Assembly: GCA_946965045.2 (NCBI GenBank)
Contig: OX337231.1
Location: 2,170,001 to 2,234,000, forward strand
From: Epithemia pelagica
Lineage: Eukaryota; Protista; Bacillariophyta
DNA length: 64,000 bases
Direction: 5' to 3'
Both the position numbers and the translations under genes were made by a program. Below are positions 22,622-32,692 of this stretch, one piece after another (positions within the stretch are counted from its first letter, which is position 1; every line of letters begins with the position of its first letter). The notes under the pieces were generated by a model. That model saw only the letters and a list, made by a program, of their open reading frames with translations, was not told the DNA's origin and did no database searches.

Positions 22622-23016
22622 CTGAAACAACAGCACCACCCGAAGAAGAAGAAGAGAGTCGCCGTCATCCTCCCAACCCTTGCAACAACCATCATTGTCG
22701 TCATCATCTGAAACAACAGCAGCAGCACCCGAAGAAGAAGAAGAGAGTCGCCGTCATCCTCCCAACCCTTGCAACAACCATCATCATCGTCATCATCTGA
22801 AACAACAGCACCACCCGAAGGAGAAGAAGAGAGTCGCCGTCATCCTCCCACCCGTGCAACAACAATCATCATCATCCTCCTCCTCTGAAACAACAGCACC
22901 ACCCGAAGAAGAAGAAGAGAGTCGCCGTCATCCTCCCACCCGTGTAACAACAATCATCCTCCTCCTCCTCCTCTGAAACAACAGCAGCCGAAGAAGAAGA
23001 AGAGAGTCGCCGTCAT
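22622..23016 (+). repeat. Minisatellite, about 4.5 copies of an 86-89 bp unit
   Basis: Unit CTGAAACAACAGCACCACCCGAAGAAGAAGAAGAGAGTCGCCGTCATCCTCCC... repeated in tandem, with internal trinucleotide slippage. Confidence 0.92.
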
Positions 23017-23204
23017 GCATTAGACTTCGAGAGAAGATTGCTGCTGTATCGCTAGCTATACACATCCGGTTGACAATCCGTCCGTCCATTGGACGAATAG
23101 AAAGTCATCTCTTGCAAAATCTTTTCAATACTTGCGGATGCCTCTGGAAGATAGAATAGTAACCAAGCTTACATAAGAGCATTAACGACATATATGTTCC
23201 TGGC

Positions 23205-23922
23205 AGACCTTGAGACTGTCGGGGACGTCATCCGCCCATTGCAAGACCCTTCCGAAGGATCCCTTCAATTCCGGAGCGGTGGTCGGAACCTTTCCTCGAA
23301 TGACTTCACCCGTACTTCCGTTCAAAGAAATGACATCTCCTTCCTTGAACACTTCTCCGGTTTCCTTGATCACCATTGTCCTTGCTTCTTCATCAATGAA
23401 AATATCATCGCAGCCACAGACACATGGTTTGCCCCATCCTCGAGTCACAACGACCGCATGGGAAGTGATACCTCCTCGGCTGGTCAAGATTCCTTTCGAA
23501 TTCCACATGCCACCCACGTCTTCGGGTGAAGTGTTTTCTCGAACCAAAATGACTCCCTCGGCAGTTCGTTCTTCGGCCGTGTGTGTCGAAAAGACAATCT
23601 TTCCCACTGCGGCCCCAGGACCACCCTTCAAACCGACGACCACAATATTGTCTTTGTATACAGGGGAGGAGAAAACGTCGGAGGCAATTGCCGGATGAAG
23701 GTTCTGTTGGACATGATCAGGTTCCACCTTGAGGAGAGCTTCCTCCAAAGTCAAAAGTCCTTCGTCGACCATGTCGTCGGCAACCAAGAAGGCGGCCTGT
23801 CCAGTACGCTTTCCGGATCTGCACTTATTCATCCATAGATTTTCGTTCCCGACAGTGAATTCGACATCTTGCATGTCTTTGAAATGATGTTCCAGTTTGT
23901 AAACATTCTTGATAAACTGGTC
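23205..23922 (-). pseudogene. PPDK: Captured internal fragment of pyruvate, phosphate dikinase (central phospho-histidine domain)
   Basis: DQFIKNVYKLEHHFKDMQDVEF, CRSGKRT, GPGAAVGKIVF, TSPEDVGGM, ILTSRGGITSHA, GWGKPCVCG, ISLNGSTGEV. The N-terminal nucleotide-binding and C-terminal PEP domains are absent, and the fragment lies inside the TIR element. Confidence 0.9.
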
Positions 23923-24161
23923 ATCGTCGGTATCGAGATTGTGAAAGAGCTATTCGTGCAGATGCCGTTGGTCGCATCCAGGCGCTGTCTCGTGGTGCAC
24001 ACACGCTCTCCCGTAAGAATCGACGTGTCCCTCTGGAATACCTTACAGGCTACGGCTACAGGTATCCTAATATCGGGTTTTTGCCATGGCCATTTGCCAT
24101 GGTCGTCGTCTCCACAGAGGAAGGGGGCCTATGTCGTGACTATAGATTTTTGTGTAGGGAT

Positions 24162-24919
24162 TGTTAGGATTCTCACCGAAAACTAGGTGGCGAAACCTAC
24201 AACTCATCGAATGATGCTAGTATTTTATGGCATCCGATGACATTTTCCTAAAAGTGAGAAAAGAATGTCGGCATGCTCGCGAAACTATAAATTTGGCCAC
24301 GGCATGCTCGCAGTGCACGCGTTATCGGCGACCGCTCGGATATTAACTATGGCCCAACACGTGCGCGCCCAAAACTATCAAGTGCGCGCCTCTACTATCC
24401 GAGTACGCGCATCCACGATTCGACCTAACGGTCTATGTAATCAAAGCACGAATCACGATCACGCGAGACCATATCTCTGTTCCCACAAATCCAAGAATGC
24501 AAACAGCAACGCGCCCAGGACAAGACTTATACCACGACAAAGCAAGAGCTGTTGCATCCCATACATGTTATCCATCACCCTATACATTCAATATACACCA
24601 ATGCCGGTCTACTCCAACCAGTGAGGACCTATCACACCAGATCCATGGCCGTATACGAGAGCCAGGACTTCGGCACCATCAACCACCTTAGTTAGTAATC
24701 GTCTCACAATCATTAATATCACCATTTTAACACTCATCTTAAGACTAACCTCTTATCAGTGGACCGACTGCCCCCACCCACGGCGGACTTCGACTTGCAA
24801 CTCTTCTCTGACCCGTGGAGGATTGTTGTATCGGTTGGTGATTCGATTGTCGGCTCAGCGAGCCTTTTACCTATCCTACCTATCTGTCTAACCCCTGTTG
24901 AATCGAGAGAAGTTTATTA
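24162..24919 (+). repeat. Element A 5' LTR (TG...TA)
   Basis: Appears identical to 31672-32429; the ORF track shows identical spurious translations at a constant 7510-bp offset. Confidence 0.95.
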
Positions 24920-24933
24920 GATTAACAGTCTCA
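24920..24933 (+). promoter_or_regulatory. Putative primer-binding site of element A, complementary to a tRNA-Asn anticodon arm
   Basis: GATTAACAGTCTCA directly follows the LTR. Its reverse complement TGAGA-CT-GTT-AA-TC resembles a tRNA-Asn(GUU) anticodon arm. The same 14-mer follows the 5' LTR of element C. Confidence 0.7.
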
Positions 24934-24957
24934 TCGTTTATTTCCGAGAAGCTTTCG

Positions 24958-25713
24958 ATGTCATACGACGATTCCAACCTCTCTATTCGACACATCTTTC
25001 ATTCCTTTCAACAAAGCGGGGAGGAACTCCATCCACCCGTGTCCCATCCGGGCGAGCCCTTGATTGAAACTCCGAAACAGACCCCGACTCAGGCCAGTGC
25101 TCCGAATCCCTTCCAGACCCCGGACCAAGTGGTCCAGCCTCCTTCGATTCCGACTCACCCTTCGACTCCGCCTCGCCGTTTGAACCCTACTCGCACCCGA
25201 CGTACGAGCCGTCTTCTTACTGCGCATATCCGACACTTCCGCGAGCCGACTGAGTCGACTACCGACCCCGACGTGATCCGTTCCACAACCAAACGCGAGA
25301 TCGATTTCCAGTCCGTCCAACCCGTGACTGACCTTGAGGACATCCAACGACTTCTCGACCTCTTGTACCAGTGCTCGAGACGCCGTTTCATTGTCCAAGC
25401 CCTGTTGGGCAACCCTGTGGAACCCATCCGTATTCGATTCATCTACTTTGAACGTCCAACCAACTACTTCCACACCATCTGGATCGTCAACTCGACGACG
25501 AATCCGCTACCTACCCCGACTACTCGTCTCGACGAGTACGTCTCCTTTGTTCACGAGATCCATCTCTGCCAGGATTTCCGTGCGACTATCTACCCTCTCT
25601 TCACTCAACACGTGAACCACTTGTTGGAAGACGACGACGTTGAAGAACTAGCCACTACAGTGACCGATTCCGCATCTCGTCTTCAGTACCGAGCCGAAAG
25701 TGACCAAGAATAA
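24958..25713 (+). CDS. Extra ORF (ORF0) upstream of gag in element A, unknown function
   Basis: 251 aa from ATG 24958; clearly homologous to 61734-62513 of element C (ASAPNPFQTPDQVV, DLEDIQRLLDLL, NYFHTIW, TTRLD, QDFRATI). Confidence 0.8.
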   Translation: MSYDDSNLSIRHIFHSFQQSGEELHPPVSHPGEPLIETPKQTPTQASAPNPFQTPDQVVQPPSIPTHPSTPPRRLNPTRTRRTSRLLTAHIRHFREPTESTTDPDVIRSTTKREIDFQSVQPVTDLEDIQRLLDLLYQCSRRRFIVQALLGNPVEPIRIRFIYFERPTNYFHTIWIVNSTTNPLPTPTTRLDEYVSFVHEIHLCQDFRATIYPLFTQHVNHLLEDDDVEELATTVTDSASRLQYRAESDQE

Positions 25714-26027
25714 GTAACTTTACGTAGTTTCTACACCGAACCAGACACAAAACCGAGTTCCGCACATCCGGGTACCCTTGGTCGCACAACACGCCACACA
25801 TTCCCGTCAAATCGCGAAAATTCGGCGAAAATTTGTTGAAACTCGGCGAAAATTTGTCGGAATCAACGGAAATTTCCAGGAGTCGCACATCACAACACAC
25901 ATCCGGGTATCACATACGTGGTACATACGTGGCACACGTGGTACATCCGGGTTCACATCACATCACACATTAAATAAACCACATCACACCGCACATTAAA
26001 TAAACATCGAACCAACCAAATAACATC

Positions 26028-29000
26028 ATGGAAGCGACACCTCCCAAGACACCGTTTACTCCTCCTGAGGACAAGTCAAGTCATATAACCAACCAAGATC
26101 TCTTCGACCATATAACTAAAGGCATCTTTGGTTGTAATGATGAACGAGCCCAATCACTTCAAAAGTGGATGCGACATCATGGTTTTGAACATATCCTTCA
26201 TGTCCTCGACCATGTTGCAACTGATCCCGAGGAGACACTCAAGGATCTCATGCAATACAAGGTTGGAAAACAAGTCAACGACCTACAGACAAGTACAAGA
26301 TTACAACTCAAACTAATGGCATATTGGTTACTACAACAACGGCAACTCCAACATGGAAAACTACCCCGTGCTACATGGATGAACCTCACGAGGGACCAAT
26401 ATGACGATTGGAGGATCAACACCAACTTTACCAAGTCTGGTATGAACCAAGACCCAGTTTCTCCTCTGAAATCACCTGCACACTCCGTATCATCCCGATC
26501 TCCCACTACATCCTCTACAACATCTCAATCCATGTTAGATCTCTCTGCTTTCAAGAAAGGAACCAAAAGAGATGCAACAGCATTTGAATCATTCAAAGAC
26601 GAACGATACTTTGATTCGTTTTGGCGTGTATTCAAATCAACTGCGAAAGCACAAGGATTGTCGAATGTTCTTGATTTCGATTACAAGGTACCCAAGGATG
26701 ACGAATGCGCAGAGTTACTTTTCCGAGAACAACAAGTCTTTGTCTATTCTGTACTTGTACGTATTATCCAAACCGACCAAGGAAGAGCATATGTTCGAGA
26801 ACATGAACATGATGAAGATGCAAGAGCCGTCTTGAAGAAACTCCATGTTCTACACACTGAATCTGATCTAGCTAAGCGAGAAGTGTTACGCCTAACAAGC
26901 TACATTTCGAATCTTCGACTGGATGACTCTTGGCGTGGTACAACTCGTCAGTTTCTCCTACATTTTCAAGAACAGCTACGACTTCTGGATAACCTTGTAC
27001 CACTGTCGGATCGTATCCATGACCATACAAGGATGACCTTCCTTATGCAAGCTGTTGAAAAGGTACCTGACTTAAGACGAGTCAAGATCTTGGATAACGT
27101 TGTCAACACAAAATCTGGAGCCAAGTCTCTCTGTTATCAATCATATTTCCGCCTGCTTCTTGATGCTGCTTTTGACCATGACCAAGCTACCCGAACTTCT
27201 GCGTCTAACCGCCGTCGTCATGTAAAGCAACATGAATTTCAGTTGGATGAACCTTTTGAACCAGTGGAGCCCCCTGACTACCAGATCAACAACACGAATA
27301 TCCAATCCGAAAAGTCCCCAACTTCGTCGAAAATCAGCCTTCCAAGAGATGTATGGTTTAAACTCTCTGAAGAGGATCGGCAAATCATTGTCGACTTCAA
27401 TAAATCCGTCCAAGATTCCCCGACAACTCCACGCAAGGTCCAAACACATTCTCTTGACATTGATCCTGAACCGGACCCTGATCCTGATGCCAACAACATT
27501 GGTGATACCCATCAAGATGCACCAGAACAAGATCCATTCGATACATCCTCTGATCCGGTTACCCAGTTCGTACACCAGGCTATTGCATCGACAGATATCA
27601 ATCATCCAGCATCTGACCTCAGCAACATCTTGTCAACTTCTACGACAAAGTCAAGTCCTAAAGTCAAGTTCAAGTCTTCTGCTGATCACAAGCAAAAGGT
27701 TCATATGTCACGATATCTATTCTCCCGCAAATCCACCTTTTCTGGTAATCAACTCATCGATCGAGGTGCCAATGGAGGCCTTGCAGGATCTGACATGCGT
27801 ATCCTTGCCAAAACCGGATGTCATATTACCATCGTAGGTATTGACAATCATGAATTGACTGGCCTTCCAGTTGTTACCTGTGCTGCCAAGTTTGATACAA
27901 GTGATGGACCCATTATTGGTATCTTCAATGAATATGCCCACTATGGAAAGGGTTTATCTATCCATGCCCCAGCGCAATTTGAACATTTCGGCCTATCTGT
28001 CGACAAACGATCCGTCAAGGTTGATGGCAAACAACGCATTACTACCCTTGATGGACGCGCATTGCCCTTACGAATCAAGGATGGCCTTGCATACATTCAA
28101 TCTCTGGGAATCCCTTCTGATGACGATATGGATAAATATCCGCATATTGTGTTCACTTCACCCCATATCTGGGATCCTTCTGTACTTGACCATACCCATC
28201 CAGACCCCCATCAAGACCCTGCACCGAACTGGACATCTGTGGAGACTGATGGTAGTATGGAAACGTACCCCTATGACCAATATGGGGAGTATACCGATCG
28301 CGTTGTCTGCACTTTGAACCTCCTCCTTGATCTCCCATATGATCATGGCCCCGATACACCTTCCTTCTTTTCCATCTATGCTGATCAAGATGGCAACGAC
28401 CCCACACTTCATGCGTCTGTCCACAAACTCTACAAGGAACAATACGACTGGAAGAAATTTCGCCCTTTCTTTGGGTGGCAATCGGAAGACGTAATCGCCG
28501 ATACGTTCAAGCATACAACTCGTCATGGACACATTTCCTTTGACCAGGATACCTTGAAGAAACACTTTAAGGCCCGGAATCCTATCCTTAACCTACCACG
28601 ACGGCATGAACCCGTTGCCACTGACTCCATCTTCTCCGACACCCCGGCTGTTAACCATGGTGGCAAGATTGCTCAGATTTTTGTTGGTCGTGATACTTTG
28701 GTTACTGACATTTATGGTATCAAGTCTACCAAGCAATTCGTCAATACCCTCCAGGATAACATTCGTACACGTGGTGTCATGGAGACTTTGATCAGTGATG
28801 GTGGTTCGTCACTTATTTCCCACAAGGTCAAGGATATTCTTCGCACCCTTCTGATTGGTGAATACCGTTCCGAGCCCTATCATCAACACCAGAACAAAGC
28901 TGAGAACCGCTACCAGACCGTTAAGCGTATGACCAATGCTATCATGAATGCCTCTGGTTGCCCTGCTTCTGCATGGTTACTTTGTTTAGAATATGTGTGT

Positions 29001-31677
29001 GACCTCCTCAATCACACTTCCTCTCCCACCCACTCTGGCCGCACCCCTCTTGAGGCTCTTACCGGTACCCCACCCGACATTACCCATCTCCTTTTCTTTC
29101 CTTTCTGGGATGAGGTCTACTATCGTGTCGACCCTTCTGAACCTACCTCCGGTTCTTACCCTTCGTCTCCCGACGAGAAGATTGGCCACTGGGTTGGTTT
29201 TGCCCACAATGTTGGTGATGCCTTTACTTGGAAGATCCTCACTGCCGACAACGTCATCATCTACCGTTCCGCTGTCCGTCGCGTTGCCTCCACTACCCCC
29301 AACCTTCGTGTGGATATCTCTTCAGGGGAGGAGTCGCCGCATAAACCCACTGACAAGCAAGGTGACACTGTCTTTATTCGCAGCAGAAGTGAAGACCCAT
29401 CCACACCTATGCCAACAATTGACTACGACGATTTAGTTGGACGCACATTCCTTTGTGACACTGAAGAGAATGGGGAGCGCCACCGAGCACGAGTAATCAA
29501 ACAAGTTGTCGACCTGGAACAAGATGCAACCAAACAAGAAGATCGACTCAAATATATCTTTCGCAAGTCTAACTCCAATGTTGATGAGATGATCTCCTAC
29601 AACCAGCTCATGGAATACATTGAAAGGGATAATCAAGCCCAAACGACAGGGGATAGTCTCTTCCGATTCAGAGACGTTATTGCACACCAAGGACCTTTGA
29701 ACTCAAGCGACCCAGACTATAAAGGGAGTAAATATAATGTCCTTGTTGATTGGGAGACTGGGGAGACGACATACGAACCTCTATCTCTTATTGCAAATGA
29801 TGACCCCATCACAGTCGCCATCTATGCCAAGAAAAATGGTTTGCTGGATCTACCTGGATGGAAACATCTCAAGCGATACGTCAAGACAAGCAAAAGACTC
29901 ATTCGAGCAGCTAAACAATCCAGGATCAAACAAGTTCGTCGCTCTATCAAGTACAAGTTTGGTTTCCAAGTACCTCGCACCTATGAAGAAGCAGTGGAAC
30001 TAGACAAGCAATTTGGGAACACGAAATGGCAAGACGCAACAGAATTGGAACTCTCACAGATCCAATCGTATAACACCTTCAAAATTGGCCAATGCACCAG
30101 AAGGATATCATAAGATAAGAGTACATCTGGTCTTTGATGTCAAGCATGACGGAAGGCACAAGGCACGACTTGTCGCAGATGGACATCTCACCAAGGAACC
30201 CGTTGATACCATCTATTCAGGGGTTGTCTCCATTCGCAACCTTCGCATTGCCATATTTCTTGGAACCATGAACGACATGGAAATATGGGGAGCAGATATT
30301 GGGAACGCATACCTAGAAGCATTGACAGGAGAGAAGATTTTCATCATTGCAGGACCAGAGTTCAAGGAGTTAGAAGGACATATCTTGATCATCTACAAGG
30401 CATTATATGGTCTCAAATCCTCAGGTGCTCGCTGGCATGACAAACTGTTTGATGTTCTCATTGATATGGGATTTTCTCCAAGCAAGGCTGACCCTGATAT
30501 TTGGATGAAGAAGGCTCCTGGAGAAGACTGTTATGAATATATCGCTGTATATGTTGATGACTTAGCTATCGTTGCCATGGACCCTGAAGCTGTCTGCAAG
30601 ATCTTTATAGAAAAATACAACTTCAAACTCAAAGGAGTCGGACCTATTGAGTATCATTTGGGGTGTCGTTATACCAAAGATCCAGACGGTACACTTGTGT
30701 CTGACCCACGAAGGTACATCGAGAAAATGATGGATACCTATGAACGATTGTTCAATGAGAAACCCAAGAAAGCAAAGCCGCCAGTCATTGCTAACGATCA
30801 TCCTGAACTCAATGACTCTGAGCTCTTAGATGAAGAAGGGACCCAGCATTTCCAGACTCTTATTGGACAACTGCAATGGCTAATTACCATTGGCCGTTTT
30901 GATGTCTTTCCTGCTACCATGACTCTATCAAGGTTCAGAGCTGCTCCAAGGATTGGTCATTTGAAGCGAGCTAAACGCATCTATGGATACCTCATGTCAT
31001 TTCCTGATGGGTCTATCAGATTCCGCACTGGGGAGCCAGATTTATCAGCTTTACCTATCCAAGAATACGATTGGAGTCGTACCGTATACATGGACGCCAA
31101 GGAACGTATCCCTGAGGACTGTCCAACCCCACTTGGGCGTTTTGTGACAACTATACATTATGTCGACGCAAATCTCATGCATGATACGGTTACTGGGAAA
31201 GCAGTTACAGCTATCCTGCATTTTGTAAATGGTACACCCGTGGACTGGTACAGTAAGCGACAAGCCACAGTGGAAACAGCCACGTATGGATCTGAATTTG
31301 TTGCCGCAAGGACTGCAGTTGATCAGATCACGGAGCTACGCCTTACACTCCGATACTTGGGAGTCCCTCTGCGAGAGAAGAGTTACATGTTTGGAGATAA
31401 CCGCTCTGTCGTTATCAATAGCACCACACCACACTCAATCATCTCCAAGAGGCACCATCTCCTATCCTATCACCGAGTCCGTGAAGCTATCGCTGCAAAG
31501 TACGTCGCATTCTACTGGAAAGATGGAAAGACAAACCCAGCTGATATCCTCAGTAAACATTGGGAATTCGCCGCAGTTTGGCCCATGCTCAGATCTTTGT
31601 TATTCTGGAGAGGAAAAATCCAGGAAAGTGATGAGGGAATTGACAATCCTCATTTGACGAATTGTGGGGAGTGTTAG
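26028..31677 (+). pseudogene. Element A gag-pol polyprotein, frameshifted near 30080
   Basis: ORFs 26028-30113 and 30013-31677 overlap in different frames. Relative to element C, about 32 nt (KDHGKAIFTNG region) are missing. Motifs: IDRGANG, ATDSIFSD, YVDD, TYGSEFVA, NPADILSK. Confidence 0.92.
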
Positions 31678-32429
31678 GATTCTCACCGAAAACTAGGTGG
31701 CGAAACCTACAACTCATCGAATGATGCTAGTATTTTATGGCATCCGATGACATTTTCCTAAAAGTGAGAAAAGAATGTCGGCATGCTCGCGAAACTATAA
31801 ATTTGGCCACGGCATGCTCGCAGTGCACGCGTTATCGGCGACCGCTCGGATATTAACTATGGCCCAACACGTGCGCGCCCAAAACTATCAAGTGCGCGCC
31901 TCTACTATCCGAGTACGCGCATCCACGATTCGACCTAACGGTCTATGTAATCAAAGCACGAATCACGATCACGCGAGACCATATCTCTGTTCCCACAAAT
32001 CCAAGAATGCAAACAGCAACGCGCCCAGGACAAGACTTATACCACGACAAAGCAAGAGCTGTTGCATCCCATACATGTTATCCATCACCCTATACATTCA
32101 ATATACACCAATGCCGGTCTACTCCAACCAGTGAGGACCTATCACACCAGATCCATGGCCGTATACGAGAGCCAGGACTTCGGCACCATCAACCACCTTA
32201 GTTAGTAATCGTCTCACAATCATTAATATCACCATTTTAACACTCATCTTAAGACTAACCTCTTATCAGTGGACCGACTGCCCCCACCCACGGCGGACTT
32301 CGACTTGCAACTCTTCTCTGACCCGTGGAGGATTGTTGTATCGGTTGGTGATTCGATTGTCGGCTCAGCGAGCCTTTTACCTATCCTACCTATCTGTCTA
32401 ACCCCTGTTGAATCGAGAGAAGTTTATTA
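31672..32429 (+). repeat. Element A 3' LTR
   Basis: Direct repeat of 24162-24919, preceded by the PPT and followed by TSD GGGAT. Confidence 0.95.
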
Positions 32430-32495
32430 GGGATGCCGTCACTACAGTATTTTTACTCTAATCCTCTCATGCAGGTTCAGTCTCGAACCAGCTTG

Positions 32496-32567
32496 TATTA
32501 CGTACGACTAGTTTTAACAAAGTACCGGTAGTCTAAAGCTCACAATTTCGAAAACATACAGATCTCA
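32496..32567 (+). repeat. Element B 5' LTR, right part
   Basis: TATTACGTACGACTAG...CAGATCTCA matches the end of the 3' LTR, apart from a small indel. Confidence 0.92.
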
Positions 32568-32580
32568 GGTTATGAGCCCA
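32568..32580 (+). promoter_or_regulatory. Element B primer-binding site (initiator tRNA-Met half-molecule type)
   Basis: GGTTATGAGCCCA directly follows the LTR. It is complementary to the tRNAi-Met anticodon arm (GGGCTCATAACC), like the Drosophila copia and Ty5 PBS. Confidence 0.85.
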
Positions 32581-32692
32581 AGTGTGTTTGAACGGCCGTT
32601 TGACTGAGTAACTACGCATTAACCTCGTTTTAATTTGTCTTTGAAATTGCTAAGTTCTCACCATTGTTACCACTCGGTTTCAAGCTCAAGCA

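Larger units (their letters stand above)
24162..32429 (+). mobile_element. Ty1/copia LTR retrotransposon 'A' (CoDi-like), young, with frameshifted pol
   Basis: 758-bp LTRs; TSD GGGAT at 24157-24161 and 32430-32434; PPT TGTGGGGAG; gag-PR-IN-RT-RH. Confidence 0.96.
22266..32495. mobile_element. Non-autonomous TIR DNA transposon (TA target duplication, Tc1/mariner-like); about 2 kb excluding nested element A
   Basis: Termini CAAGCTGGTTCGAGAC... and ...GTCTCGAACCAGCTTG: 16 bp perfect, extending to about 45 bp imperfect inverted repeat. Flanked by TA at 22264-22265 and 32496-32497, where the intact 3' LTR has a single TA. No transposase seen. Confidence 0.88.

Noticed and set aside
22622-23016. 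CRISPR-like repeat array
   Set aside because: The units are contiguous with similar inter-repeat sequence, so there are no unique spacers. No cas genes are present and the context is eukaryotic. It is a minisatellite.
23182-23874. Functional PPDK or PEP-utilising enzyme gene
   Set aside because: Only the central domain is present, similarity stops abruptly on both sides, and it lies within transposon termini.
24265-24691. ORFs duplicated exactly at 31775-32201, and likewise 55116-55595 at 62578-63057
   Set aside because: They lie inside LTRs, so the duplication only reflects LTR identity, and they are not conserved between elements A and C.
30013-30113. Programmed ribosomal frameshift in element A pol
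   Set aside because: Homologous element C is continuous here and has about 11 more codons, so this is a deletion.
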